NCBI GenBank assembly: GCA_002633005.1
Contig: NMRA01000042.1
Span: 584,990 to 648,989, forward strand
DNA from: Phoronis australis
Lineage: Eukaryota; Animalia; Phoronida
Reading direction: 5' to 3'
DNA length: 64,000 nucleotides
A program made the position numbers and the translations under genes. Below the pieces are notes generated by a model. The model did not search any database and was not told the origin of the DNA. It saw nothing but the letters and a program-made list of their open reading frames with translations. Position 1 is the first letter of the stretch, and each line of letters opens with the position of its first letter. Shown piece by piece: positions 12,501 to 24,500 of this stretch.

Positions 12501-15500
12501 TTTGCAGGAAATTAATTAGGTGGCTAAGTCATTCTGTAATTTAATTTTGCAACAATAATAGGTATAACTAGTCATTTTTGCTGTGAATATCTTGGCTTGG
12601 TTAAATGGTAACTATTGGTGCTTAACCACCAAATTCTTTATATTAAGAAAGTTCAACTGATACCTCATATAAGTTTATTTATTGTGTAATGTGTAATTTA
12701 CTTTATCTCAACCAGAACTATGAAACACAATGTTTCCAGTTCTTTCGTCACCCCTCATTTTGCTTTGAACAGCTCAGAGTTGATTATTAATGTGCTACTA
12801 GTTAGATTTAGTCAAATTTGAATAACGACTTTCCCAGGATACTACAGTGCCCTCTCTGCTTTAAGCGCAGTATTTACCCACAATGCTGTGCATCTGTGGA
12901 GCGCTTGAGTCACAGCTGTACGCTGTTGCTGCTGCAATGATCACTTATTTTACATGTAATTTAGTTTGCAATTTGTCATTCTGATTTGAATAAAATTTCA
13001 CTGTTGCACAGACAAAACATTGATAGGTTGAGTTAGGCATAATGAAATATTCTTCACTCGTCTCCAACCTTATATTTCAAAAACTAGATCAACCAAAAGA
13101 TGCGATTTTTCTACCTAGGCTAATGAAGAGCGATGATTTTAGGATGTGGGAACTGTCGTGCAAGTTAGTTTGTTCTTCTGTTTTTTTGCGAGTTAATAAT
13201 TGGTTTGCGAGAATTTCTCCATTTTACAATGGTGGCTATACAATGCAGATTATGCTCTAAGTTAGTAATATCTCAGCTTTCATTTTTTGTTGAGAATTTT
13301 GATTTAAAAAAATATTTTTTTGATGGATTGGAGAAGCTTTGTTCCTGTATTCAAAGTGAGATCTCGGAATATCCTAATGTTAAGCTTTTGCAATTTTCAG
13401 CCTGAACACTATCCACCAATCAGTGTCATGGATGAGATTACTCCTTATTCCATTATCCCAACTTTTTACCCAAGCTCTGGAGGTTTGTCATCTGATTGGC
13501 CAATGCACCTGAGAAAAAAGGTGTACAGGTTTGTCCTGTTTTCATGTAATAATTGAAATCTAAGTGCTTTTTGATTTAGATTTCATTCCACTCTAAAGCT
13601 GACCTCACTTAAGTTTTACTCAGACTAAATGTGATTTCTGGGTTGGAAAGATGATGGGTCACTTTTTCTTGAGACCACCTTCAATGCATAACACAACCTT
13701 ATAAGTCACTGTCTTTTGAGACCACCCTCAAAGCATAACACAACCCTCCATACAAGCCAACTTATCGAGTCTGTTCTTAAGCAATAATGAAAGGCCATCT
13801 ACTAACTTGAGTAAGGTACACGGGTAGAGATCACTTTTAGAATGAATTGTTCGAAGTCAAAAATCTTTTTGATGGAGGCTGGGTTTAAAGCAGGTGGTGT
13901 GCAAATATTCGTGCCTGCGATGCAGGGGTGGTGATTGAACACTTTACCAAGGATCACCGAACACTTGCCCCGAAGCAGAATCCTTTCCACCTGTGGAGAA
14001 CCCTTACCGCTCTCTACAAAATACCAAGTATTGCTTGATATTTTCTAGACAGTGCCAAAGGTTTGTCACTTGTGGTGAGTGTTTCACTTTCTGGTAGGTG
14101 TTATGCAGGTTGTGGTAAGAGTGATAATACTCCGGTGTTAAAGGATTGTGTGTATTGTGCATCAGGTCTTATCGTAATGGAACAGACTACAGTAGTTGTT
14201 TATGAAATGTAGTTTACCTAGTTATTTGTAATAGTAATTTTTAAGTTAATTCATTAGAATTCCTTTAGCTCGATATCATTCAGAACACCCAAACCTATTG
14301 ATTTCAATGTCATGTTACATAATTAACTATTCCTGCTGATATGGATATCATTCCACCCTATTATTGTGTTGCTCAAATGAATGCATGCTACATATTATTA
14401 AGTGCAGATTCTGATTCCATATGGAGAATGCCAGATGTATTTATCAGGGTACCACAAATTTCCAAACCATTGTTACTGATATCATGTTGTATTGATCTGT
14501 ATACTAGCAAATATTTAAAATACTCAAACGCATTTATACTGTCATCAAGTGTTGTTCCTGATAATGTTTTTTCAAACTGGTTGATTCCGCCTGGTGACAA
14601 GTGTTGATCCTAATCATATTCATTTAGAGTGCCCAAACCGATTGATCCTGATATCATTCGGTCAATGAAGATGATTGGAAATGTCGGTTACGCACCTAAT
14701 CCAGGAAAATTCCGTCGCAATCAGAGGTCATACAAACTGGAAAAGGTCAACAAGCAGGGTCGACCCAGGAAACCAAGCGTTCCTGACTCTCCTATGGGCA
14801 GGGGTAAGATTAGACCTAATTAGAATATATGGCAGCATAATCGTACTAAAACACTATTAGCAGTGCAAAGGAAAAGTGTTAACTTATTATTTGTTTTGAT
14901 GTTGGGTGTTATTGCTTCCACGCTTTCAGTTGTTCTGCTTCTCTGTTTATAATAGTTTAGCAGCAGCCTCCCCTGGAGGCAGAATTTATGAATATAACAC
15001 AGAGTTGTAGGTTGGCTGCTTTCTCGCGTACTCTTTTGAACCCTTGGTATATTCGTCAACCATTCAATAGACTACCAAGAGATATAACAGCAGAGTTTGA
15101 AAGAGCCTGCATGAAGGCAGCCCCCCAACAACACTATAGTGTACTCAATAAATTCTTTTCTTCTTACATCATTGTCAATGAAATCAGTCTACTTTTCATG
15201 CCATTTTGATCAATTTAGCTGTTGCAACTTCTTACCAATAAAATTCTTGGCTCATAATCTAATCTGTAAATTTGACTGAAACTCAGACTCAAAACTCAAC
15301 CAATCACACTGCTTGATTTGAGTACTGTAACTTATTCTAGTGCTCTATGCAATGGATCAATTTTCGAGTCAAGTGTAGAGTACAGAGATTAGACTCAAGG
15401 CCCTGGACTGGATTTATGTAAACATCAGCAAGTGTATTGAATAAAATGTTATGTACTTTAAACACATACCAATGAACAGTTACCGATTTTTATCTCAGGG

Positions 15501-18500
15501 GATGACCCATTCATCTGTGTTCCAAAGCGTTACAGAAAAGTTGAGATCAAGTACTCAAAGCTGGGAATGGAAGACTTTGACTTCAGATTCTATAACAAGA
15601 CCAACTTTGCTGGGCTGGAGACGCATATTCCTAATGCATACTGTAATGCAATGCTTCAGGTATTTGGAATCATTAGTTGTCAAATTATAAGCAAGATCTA
15701 GTGGAAACAAACTGTGTCTGTTATGTGTGCTAAATTTTGTTTAATGTGATGCCAAAAGCAAAATGTTTGTGTTAATTTTTTACTAGTAAATAATGTGGCC
15801 TGGGGGCTGTTTCATCAAAAGTGAGTTAAGACTTCAGTCAGAAATTTGGCCTTATGCATCTATTTCAGAAAAATAATTCCCACTTAAGTGTGAAGTCTCT
15901 CACGATATACACATAACTGGTAGTTACTGAGATAATTTCTATATTTTTTTCTGGACTGCGATGCACCCTTAATTACTTGTCTAAACCTTCTGTAGCAATG
16001 TGATGTGGTAGCCTAAGACCACTGTATTAAGTCTTAAGTCATTTTCGTAATGCAGACTCCTGGTGTCTCATTGTGTTAACAAGCATTCGTCTATCAATTC
16101 AAAATTTGTTATGTGAATGACATTCTTAATAATAGGATATTGTGCTTGGAGGAAATATGGTTTACTGTTCCTTGACTTAATATTCCTGCAGTTATACTTT
16201 AGTACAATCATGCTGCTTGTTGAGATGTGCTTTATAGTGTGATAAGTGTAATATTTTTTGTAATTTATGAAGTAGTTAATATTAAAATAAATTAGGCAGA
16301 CTTCTACAGAACTCAATCAAACTCTGCCAAAGTAGGTAAACGAAGACAGTGAAATGGTATTTTCATCAAACTTTAGTCACAGTTAAGTGTCATCATATTT
16401 CGCTTAGCCACGTAATTATTAAATGCACTTGCAAGGCAAGATGGGATTTCAGAAAGGTGTTTGGAGCATCACCTGAAACTTTTACTGAATTGAAACGTGG
16501 TCTTGGCAAAAGGAGGTGTATTATTTAGTTGTGGTTTTGTGCATCTAAACTTTTGTCTTCGAATTTCAACATTGTCCAGTTTATTTTGAAAATTACTGTT
16601 ACTTGTGCTGTGATTTTAAAAATATTGCATTGAATTTTTGAGAAGTGCCCCACACAGCAACATGTGACAAGTTTTGTTCTGGTGAAGCGATAATTGAACT
16701 TGTGAAATGGAACTTATCCAACCATTTCTGGAACAAGTTCTCGTTCTGTCATTTCCGTGTAACTATGTATTTACAGGAGTTCTGTGTTTTGAGAACTATT
16801 TTTCTCCAGTTACTAAATGGGCATTAAACTGGTTCTCAGAATGCCGGACCCCTGTAAGTGATTACTGCCTGCTGTCGTTTAGATGCTCTACTTCATTGAA
16901 CCTTTGAGATGTGCCCTGCTTAACCACTTGTGTGACAAAGAATTCTGTCTGGCCTGTGAACTTGGCTTTCTCTTTCGCATGTTAGACCTGCAGAAAGGAC
17001 AGACATGTCAGGTAATGCGAGTTGTCTCTACTTTGAATATGAACTTTTAAAGCTGGTGTTTACCGTTTTTGGATTCTGCACAAAATGTTTTGTATTGAAA
17101 GCTACATTTTGCCCTGTTTTATTTGCTAGTATTAAACATAGAATTGATGAATTTACTCTAATTTGTGAAATAGATGCCATAATACTCCTTACCTTGATAG
17201 GATTTTATTATTCCTTTATCAACTTGCAATACGTTCTTGTGCCATTTTCGCTTGCGCCATTTTCAAATTCACGATTTTAAGGCTGCCAACCCTGCTGGGG
17301 CCTACTTTCCAAGCCTTCCTGTTGCAGATGCAGAAAACTGGGTATCGCTAGGCAATCTTGCCACGGTGTTTCAGGCTGAGATCACTGCAATTAATAGAGC
17401 TGCTCAACTGGCACAACTATATAACACTGAACTTGGCAATCGGCCAATTACCATCTTTCGGATAGCCAGGCAGCAATAAAAGCCCCTAAAGAAACTAAGG
17501 GTCAACTCTCCTTGTGTTAATGCTTGTATCAATGAGCTTAACAAGCTTGCAATTGAAAGAACCGTCAATATACACTGGGTCAGGGCCCATGGGGGAATTG
17601 ATGGCAATGAGAATGCAGACAGACTCGCAAAGATAGGAGCAAGCGTTCTGCATTTTGTGCCTGAACCTGCTATCCCGGTATCTTACGGATGTTGCAGGAT
17701 AAGTGTACGCAACTGGGTACATACCCAGTCAGCAGCCCAGTGGGCATCACTTAACTCTTGCAGAGAGACCAAGGAGGATTTTCCCAACGTGATCGAACCA
17801 AAAGGTTCAAAAAGCCATCTGAGTCTAGATAGATTGGGTATAAGACACGTCATTCAAATTTTGACGGGCCACTGCAACCTAGCCCGACACAGACACATTA
17901 CTGGGCATATGGGGAGCCCTGTGTGTCCTGAGTGTGGTTCTGACGTAGAATCTCCTAAACCTAGTATAGTCTTACCCAGCTTTTTATAGGCTAAGGAGCA
18001 ACCTACTGGATGGCACTGTTACATGCCTAAAACATATAGTGCATGGCAACAAATGGAAACATCTGTCCGTTTTCCTAAAGGAGACTGGCAGACTTGAAAA
18101 CTTTCTTCATGAGGAGCCCTAATTGGGCTCTCGTGCTATTGCTCAGGTGTTTTGTGCAATGGGCCAAACCATGAGGCCTGCACACGTCTGATGCACCGCA
18201 AATGACATCAGACCACCTGCACTGTTTTTTTGTTTTTTTTTAACCCTAATAAACTCTGAACTCTGGTTTCAATGTTCTTGTTGGTAACAGAAACAGAATC
18301 CTATCACAGTAAGGAACATCAAGAGACTGATTTTGTGAGGGTAAAAAGTTGTAATTCGATTTTCATTTTTGGGAAGCTAAGAGTGAAATGCATTTTTAAG
18401 TTTTGGCTTGTACGGTGCTGGCTTGTACGGTGCTGGCTTGTACGGTGCTGACTTATATGGTGATGACCTGTATGGTGCTGACTTGTACAGTACTGACTGG

Positions 18501-21500
18501 TGTGAAGGTGCAGATTTATACAGTACTGACCTGTACGGTGCTGACTTGTACAGTGATTAAAATGATTTCTGAGCTTGGGAAGAACTAGCAAATTGTTGTT
18601 ACTGAATATTGCAGTCAATTAGAAGGAATTGGCTGGCTTACCGTTGAATGTGCTGAAAGCAACATGGCAGGAAGTAGGCTAGTTTCATTGTCAAGTACTC
18701 GGTGGAGTAACTAGTTGATGCACTGGACTTAGAATCCTATCAGTCCGATGGAAAATGCTAAAGTGTTTCTGAAATTATGGAAAATCACAAAGAAACAATG
18801 CTTGGACTCTGCTGTTCTTTTTAGGACCAGACTTTGTGTTTTTTAATCTTGTATTATTCATTATTTGGTTTTCTTTGGCTTACAGCAATACATCAGTTCT
18901 ACTGGCTGGTTTATCATGCCTGTGTTTTGCTTGTTTTTTTTTTTGTAATTTATTTTCATCATTCTGTTCATATGCTTCAAACCCATTAGTATTAAATTGA
19001 TATCTTTCCAAAGGCCAGTAACTTCTTGAGAGCCTTCCGCACCATCCCGGAGGCATCGGCTCTGGGCCTCATTCTGAGTGAAAGTGAGGAGTCGGCGGGT
19101 AAGGCCAACTACCCTCGCTTGATACAGAGCTGGACTAGGTTTGTCTTGCAGCAAGTTCATTCGGTAAGTACACACTTTGTCCTGAGAGTTGATCTTGTAA
19201 AAAATAGGAAAACTTTTTCTGATTGTTCCCTTTGCATTGTGAGACACATGTACTGAATAATTTTAAATTTGCATGATATCTTACACAAATGATTGGTAGT
19301 GAACCGGGGCTCCTGGTTTTGTACGGCATCCGTTTTGAAGTACAGACTGAGGTAAATTAGATTAAGTTTGATTTCCCTTTCTCTGATATAGGTGCGTGAA
19401 AAAATTCATCTGCTTTCTAAGAAAAGATTTGTTCGGTTGTGAAACAAATTATTTGGCAACAAAAATGAGTGTGCCTTGACAGGAGGGAGGGAGGGACGAA
19501 GGGAAACAAACTATTCAAAGAACGGCCTTATGGTTTTCTGACCTTTGGTTGTAATGGTCTTACCAGTATATTTACTGGTCTTTTGACTATGGGTAGCATG
19601 TTGGGACAATTTTAGATTTTGGTCATACGAGCAGCGTGCGGTAACTGTGACTTTTGATCTTTAAATTTTGTTACTGAAGGAGACGGCAGAAGAAATAGAG
19701 GACCCAGATCCAGACAATGTTCTTGTCGACCCTTCGGAGCTGAGTCCAGAGGAAAAAGATGAGACTGGCTCAGATGTGAAGCTAGATTCGGAGGAGACAT
19801 CACCAACATCCAACAAGCCCCTACCTCCACTGTCGCTTCACCAGCTACAGCCAAGAAAGGGGTTGGCTTTGCATTCAATACATTTTTATGAAAACACTTT
19901 TCATAAATAGCTGATTTAAACTGAGTTGGCCTTCAAATTGCTTTTGATAGTGTGACAGCTTATTTTTATGTTTAGATGTGAGTGTCAGTCTGATTTTCTT
20001 TATAAACTTGTCAGTTTGGGACTGTTTCAGAATTTAATAGAAGAGTGCCACTGAATTTTGAATATTTCTCAATTTTTGGAATAATTTCTTTAAAGAAATT
20101 GCATCCACGCATCTTATGCAGACCCTTAATGCATTGTCTTATCAGTTTTAGTGAGATTCAAGATGCTTGAACATAAACATAATTAATTATCCTGTTGTTA
20201 TAGACCTTATCATCACATAATGTTTTTTTGTTGTCATGTGTTACAGGTTTAAGAAGTCTGGTGACTCGATTGTGAGCAAGCTGATGAGTTGTGTCATCAC
20301 CAACCTGTACAGGTGCAAGTGTGGGGTGACGACCAGCAGGGAGTCATCAAACCTTCTATTTAATCTGACCTACCCTGACCTCTACCCCCCAGGTTCGAAT
20401 AAGGGTCATCAGTTAGATGCATTACTTGATAGTTGCTGAATTTCTTCATAATTGGTCGTTTGGTGCGAAGGTCGTGAAGGGAAGGAAATTAATGAGAATT
20501 TTTTTTAAAAAATTGTCAACTTTTTACCTAGTATATTTCTCTACCTTTTCCCACATGGCAAAATTGTCAAAAGACCAAAGAGTAAGTTGGTAGATCACTG
20601 AAAAATTAGTCAAAGTTTTTGCTCTGAGATATTCAGATTGTTAATTTTCTGCAAAATGTGCTGATTAATGCCTTCTTTGTGATCATCTGTTTTACTGTAT
20701 CACCCTTAATAACTGCCCAACAAGGTATAGCTACTGTTGTGTTGTGCATGTCTACTGTTTACTTTGTGAAGTACAGTAGTTATGGTTTGCGTTTCGCATT
20801 TTACTTTCTGTTTTTTAACTTTCTATGGTGAACATAAGCAGAGCTTTTATGACTCTGTTCCTCAGGAAATGAGAAAGAGTGTGCCACGTACCAATTCTCA
20901 GATGTTGTGAGTCAAAGTCTGAGTGCTGAACAGGCAACCCAAGCATGGTGTAGCGTGTGTCAGAAATACCAGCCCCACGTAAGTCGGATGTTAATTATAT
21001 TTTTTGTGATGTAGTTGAGGATGATATCATTGTTTAACAGTAGGGAGGTAAACTTCAATTGAAGGCTGTGCAGGGCTGATAGTAGGGCGATAAATTTCAA
21101 CAGATGGCAGTGCGGAGCTGATGGTAGGGCGATGAACATCAACAGAGGGCAGTGCGGGGCTAATAGTAGGGGATAAACTTCAACAGAGGGCAGTGCGGGT
21201 CTGATAGTAGGGCGATAAACTTCAACAGAGGGCAGTGCGCTGCTGATAGTAGGGCGATAAATTCTGATCAACAGAGGGGTGTTCGGGGCTGATATTAGGG
21301 GGATAAACTTCATTAGAGGGCAGTGCAGGGCTGATAGTAGGGCTATGAACATCAACAGAGGGCAGTGCGGGGCTTATAGTAGGGGATAAACTTCAACAGA
21401 GGGCAGTGCGGGGCTGATAGTAGGGCGATAAATTCTGATCAACAGAGGGGTGTGCGAGGCTGATGGTAGGGGAATAAACTTCATTAGAGGGCAGTGCAGG

Positions 21501-24500
21501 GCTGATAGTAGGGCGATAAACTTCAACAGGGGGCAGTGCGGGTCTGAAAAAAGGGGCCCGGGATAAACTTCAACAAAGGGCCGCAGAGTGCTAGCAGCAA
21601 GGATTCCCAAATGAATTTCAGCAGAGGGTAGTGCGGGCCAACTTGATCTTTATTTTTTTGGATAAATACACTTAAGACATTTCTTGTATACGAGTTGCGA
21701 TTTTATTTATTTTTTTATTTGTAAATGGAAACTAAATGTAGTCTGGAATGAGCATTTTTCTTCCAGACTCAAACCAAACAGCTGAAGAACTTGCCGGACG
21801 TTCTGACATTTAACTGTCATATTGAGAATGAACGAGCTATTGAGTTCTGGCTGGCACAGCAACAGGTGAGTGTCTTGAGAGGTTCGCTTGGATGTCAAGA
21901 CTCGCGTTCCTATTGCATTAAGTTGGGAGTACAAATCGCAACTTGCAAATGGCATTTACATAGGGGGGGGGGGGNTACAAATGTCTAGAAACACTCATAA
22001 GGGTTCTCTGCTTTTTCGCGTGGCTTGCTACACCTCATTGTGTGTGTCGCAACGATTTTCAAATTCTTTAGCATGTTGAAATGGTTTACACAAATGTTTT
22101 TGCTCTAGAGTCAATGGTGCTGTAAAAACTACGAATTACCCTAGAATAAGTTAATCCTGGAACGAGTTGTCGCTAGGCTCAGTAGTGGCGTGGTTGTTGT
22201 TTGTGTTGGAGCAAGTTGCCACATGTGTGACAACTTGCTCTATCTCATTATGACAGGTTAGCTTGCCCTAGTGAAAGTTGTGGTGTGGACACAAACCTAC
22301 AGACAAGGCGGGTGTAATTACCAACTCTACCTTTACTCAGTTACACAGTACATAGCGGTGTCTAATGATTTTTGCGTCATGTTTGTCGCAAGGTATAAGG
22401 TTTGTAGTTTGTCGATGCTTAGCTTGAAGGGGGAGGGAGGGGATCATGGTTGGTGCTCTGAGGCAAGTTCCTCTAACTAATGTGGACACGACTATAGAGT
22501 TATTCATTGCTGGCATCTCTAGCCTGTCTTGAACCCTTCTCAATTTAGTTTCTGAGGGTCAGACAATGTAGAGATCAATGTAAATAACTCGGACATGTCT
22601 TCTAGTAATGTGAGGTGACTCGTGCACGTCTTGTCTTGCTTCACAACTGATAGAATGGACAGAAACACACTACTGACAAATTGATAAGACATTGACTGGA
22701 AGTACATTAGTATTGACAGGTGTCAGCGTGCTCCCTTTAAAGAGACATTATCGGGCCGGGCTAAAAATCAATTTTCTGAGATCAGCCTCTGTGTGGATTG
22801 GAACCTGCAACTCCTGTGGTAGCAGCCCAATGCTCTGCAGGCAAAGCTAAACCGCACACTGCAAATGGTTGAGCATTTTTAGCACACTTAACGGTTGTCA
22901 CCAACCTTGGTTTCAGCGAATGTCAGACAGACAATGGCGAGAGTCGTCCATTTGTAATAAAATCACAAAAACACAACATAATTTGTTGTTTTGTAGCTCT
23001 GATCCAAGCTATCCCATCCAACAGTTATCGCAAAGTTATGTGTTTTAAACTTAAGCCTGCCAGAGTTTTCTCAAAGAAGCTTAATATATTCAACAGATGG
23101 CATTTTATGCACTCATTCTATCAGTCATGTTCAAATATTTTCTAATGCTCTGTGGTTCATTTTTTACAGTTGGTAAATTATGTACTGAGTAAAGTTTTTA
23201 TTTTTCATATTATCACCAGGCTATATGTACGTCATTTTGACCAAGACTTTAGAACAAGGCGGACAAAAACATTCACTTGCTACATAATTATCCAACTGTG
23301 AACTAATTACAAGTTGAATGAAATTATTCTGTAATAAACGGTTATTTCTATTTCACAGACAATTGATTGCAGAATATACACCCAAGTATGACAGTTGCTG
23401 GTTCTAAAATAAAATGTTTATGACATTATTACCACTGAAAAAGTACTAACTGTGGAAACGGATTTGTTTTATTAAACATTGTATGAAAAAATTGCAATGT
23501 TGCAAAAGGTTAAGATTTTTGTGTCATTTTCTGTTAAACTACGTAAAGTCATAGTGATCAACTATGCATATTTTCCCCTAAAAGCTTGCTGGTGTATTTT
23601 GGAAAATTTCTTGTATGCATCCACTTGGTGTCTCTGCTGCTGACCTATTTTGCACAAAACTGACTGATTTTTCAATTACTTAACCTTTAACGCCATTTAG
23701 AATAGATTTTTGACTTTTTGACAGATTGTTAGTTTGGCTGAAGCTAAGGAGGAACCTGCAGCACCAAAATACTCAACACCAATCAAGCCATGTCGCTATG
23801 GCAACCAGTGTAAACGTCAAGACTGCCACTTCCGCCACGAGTCGGATACAAAGTAAACTGTGCTTCCATATTTCTTTTGGTAAACTCACCTTCTGTTGAA
23901 ACTTTTTGACTTACAATTAATGTGCCGTTATTATAATATAACCACACATCCATGTATTCAAACTTTGTCAATGTTCAACACTGTCCAGTTTTTTTGAGAA
24001 ATAATAGTTTGTAATGTGTGCTACAACCTCTTTCAAGGTATGCCAAAGATTCATTGCTTTTTTAATTACCAATTGATTGTTAATTTCCCCATTAGATCCG
24101 ACTCGGACAACTCGTTAGACATGTCAAAGTTAGTGGAGGAAGACATGACTAAACGAAGTTGGGTTCCGCTAGGGTTAAAGGTCAAACTGAAATCTGATGG
24201 GACTGTAGAGGTCGCTGATGGCGAGGACTGTGACAGTGAGGTCAGGGCAAGGTCACTTATTGTTGTCTGCAGAATAGATTTTGTTAAAGGAAGAAACACT
24301 CAGTTCCACTTTGGGCATTGAAAGACACTTTGCAATCTCATCACTTAAATCTTTGAATACTACAATATCCTTTGACTCTGACCAGTTCAAATTTTTAAAG
24401 TAAAGTTATTTTGAGCGGTAAACACATTCCAAAGTTTGCTTCGTATGAAAGTGTCAGTCTTTGCTTAGTTATTAATTTTTGCTATGAGGACTCTGGTCAT

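Larger units (their letters stand above)
9025..14518 (+). repeat. Tandem duplication of the segment containing PAN2 exon 8 (9025-12338 and 12340-14518)
   Basis: Near-identical colinear copies with SNPs and indels; a single N at junction 12339. Confidence 0.93.

Noticed and set aside
18319-18618. His/Ser/Gln-repeat ORF (TSQHR)n and its antisense (CTVLA)n
   Set aside because: Translation of an intronic 15-bp minisatellite; no splice or homology support.
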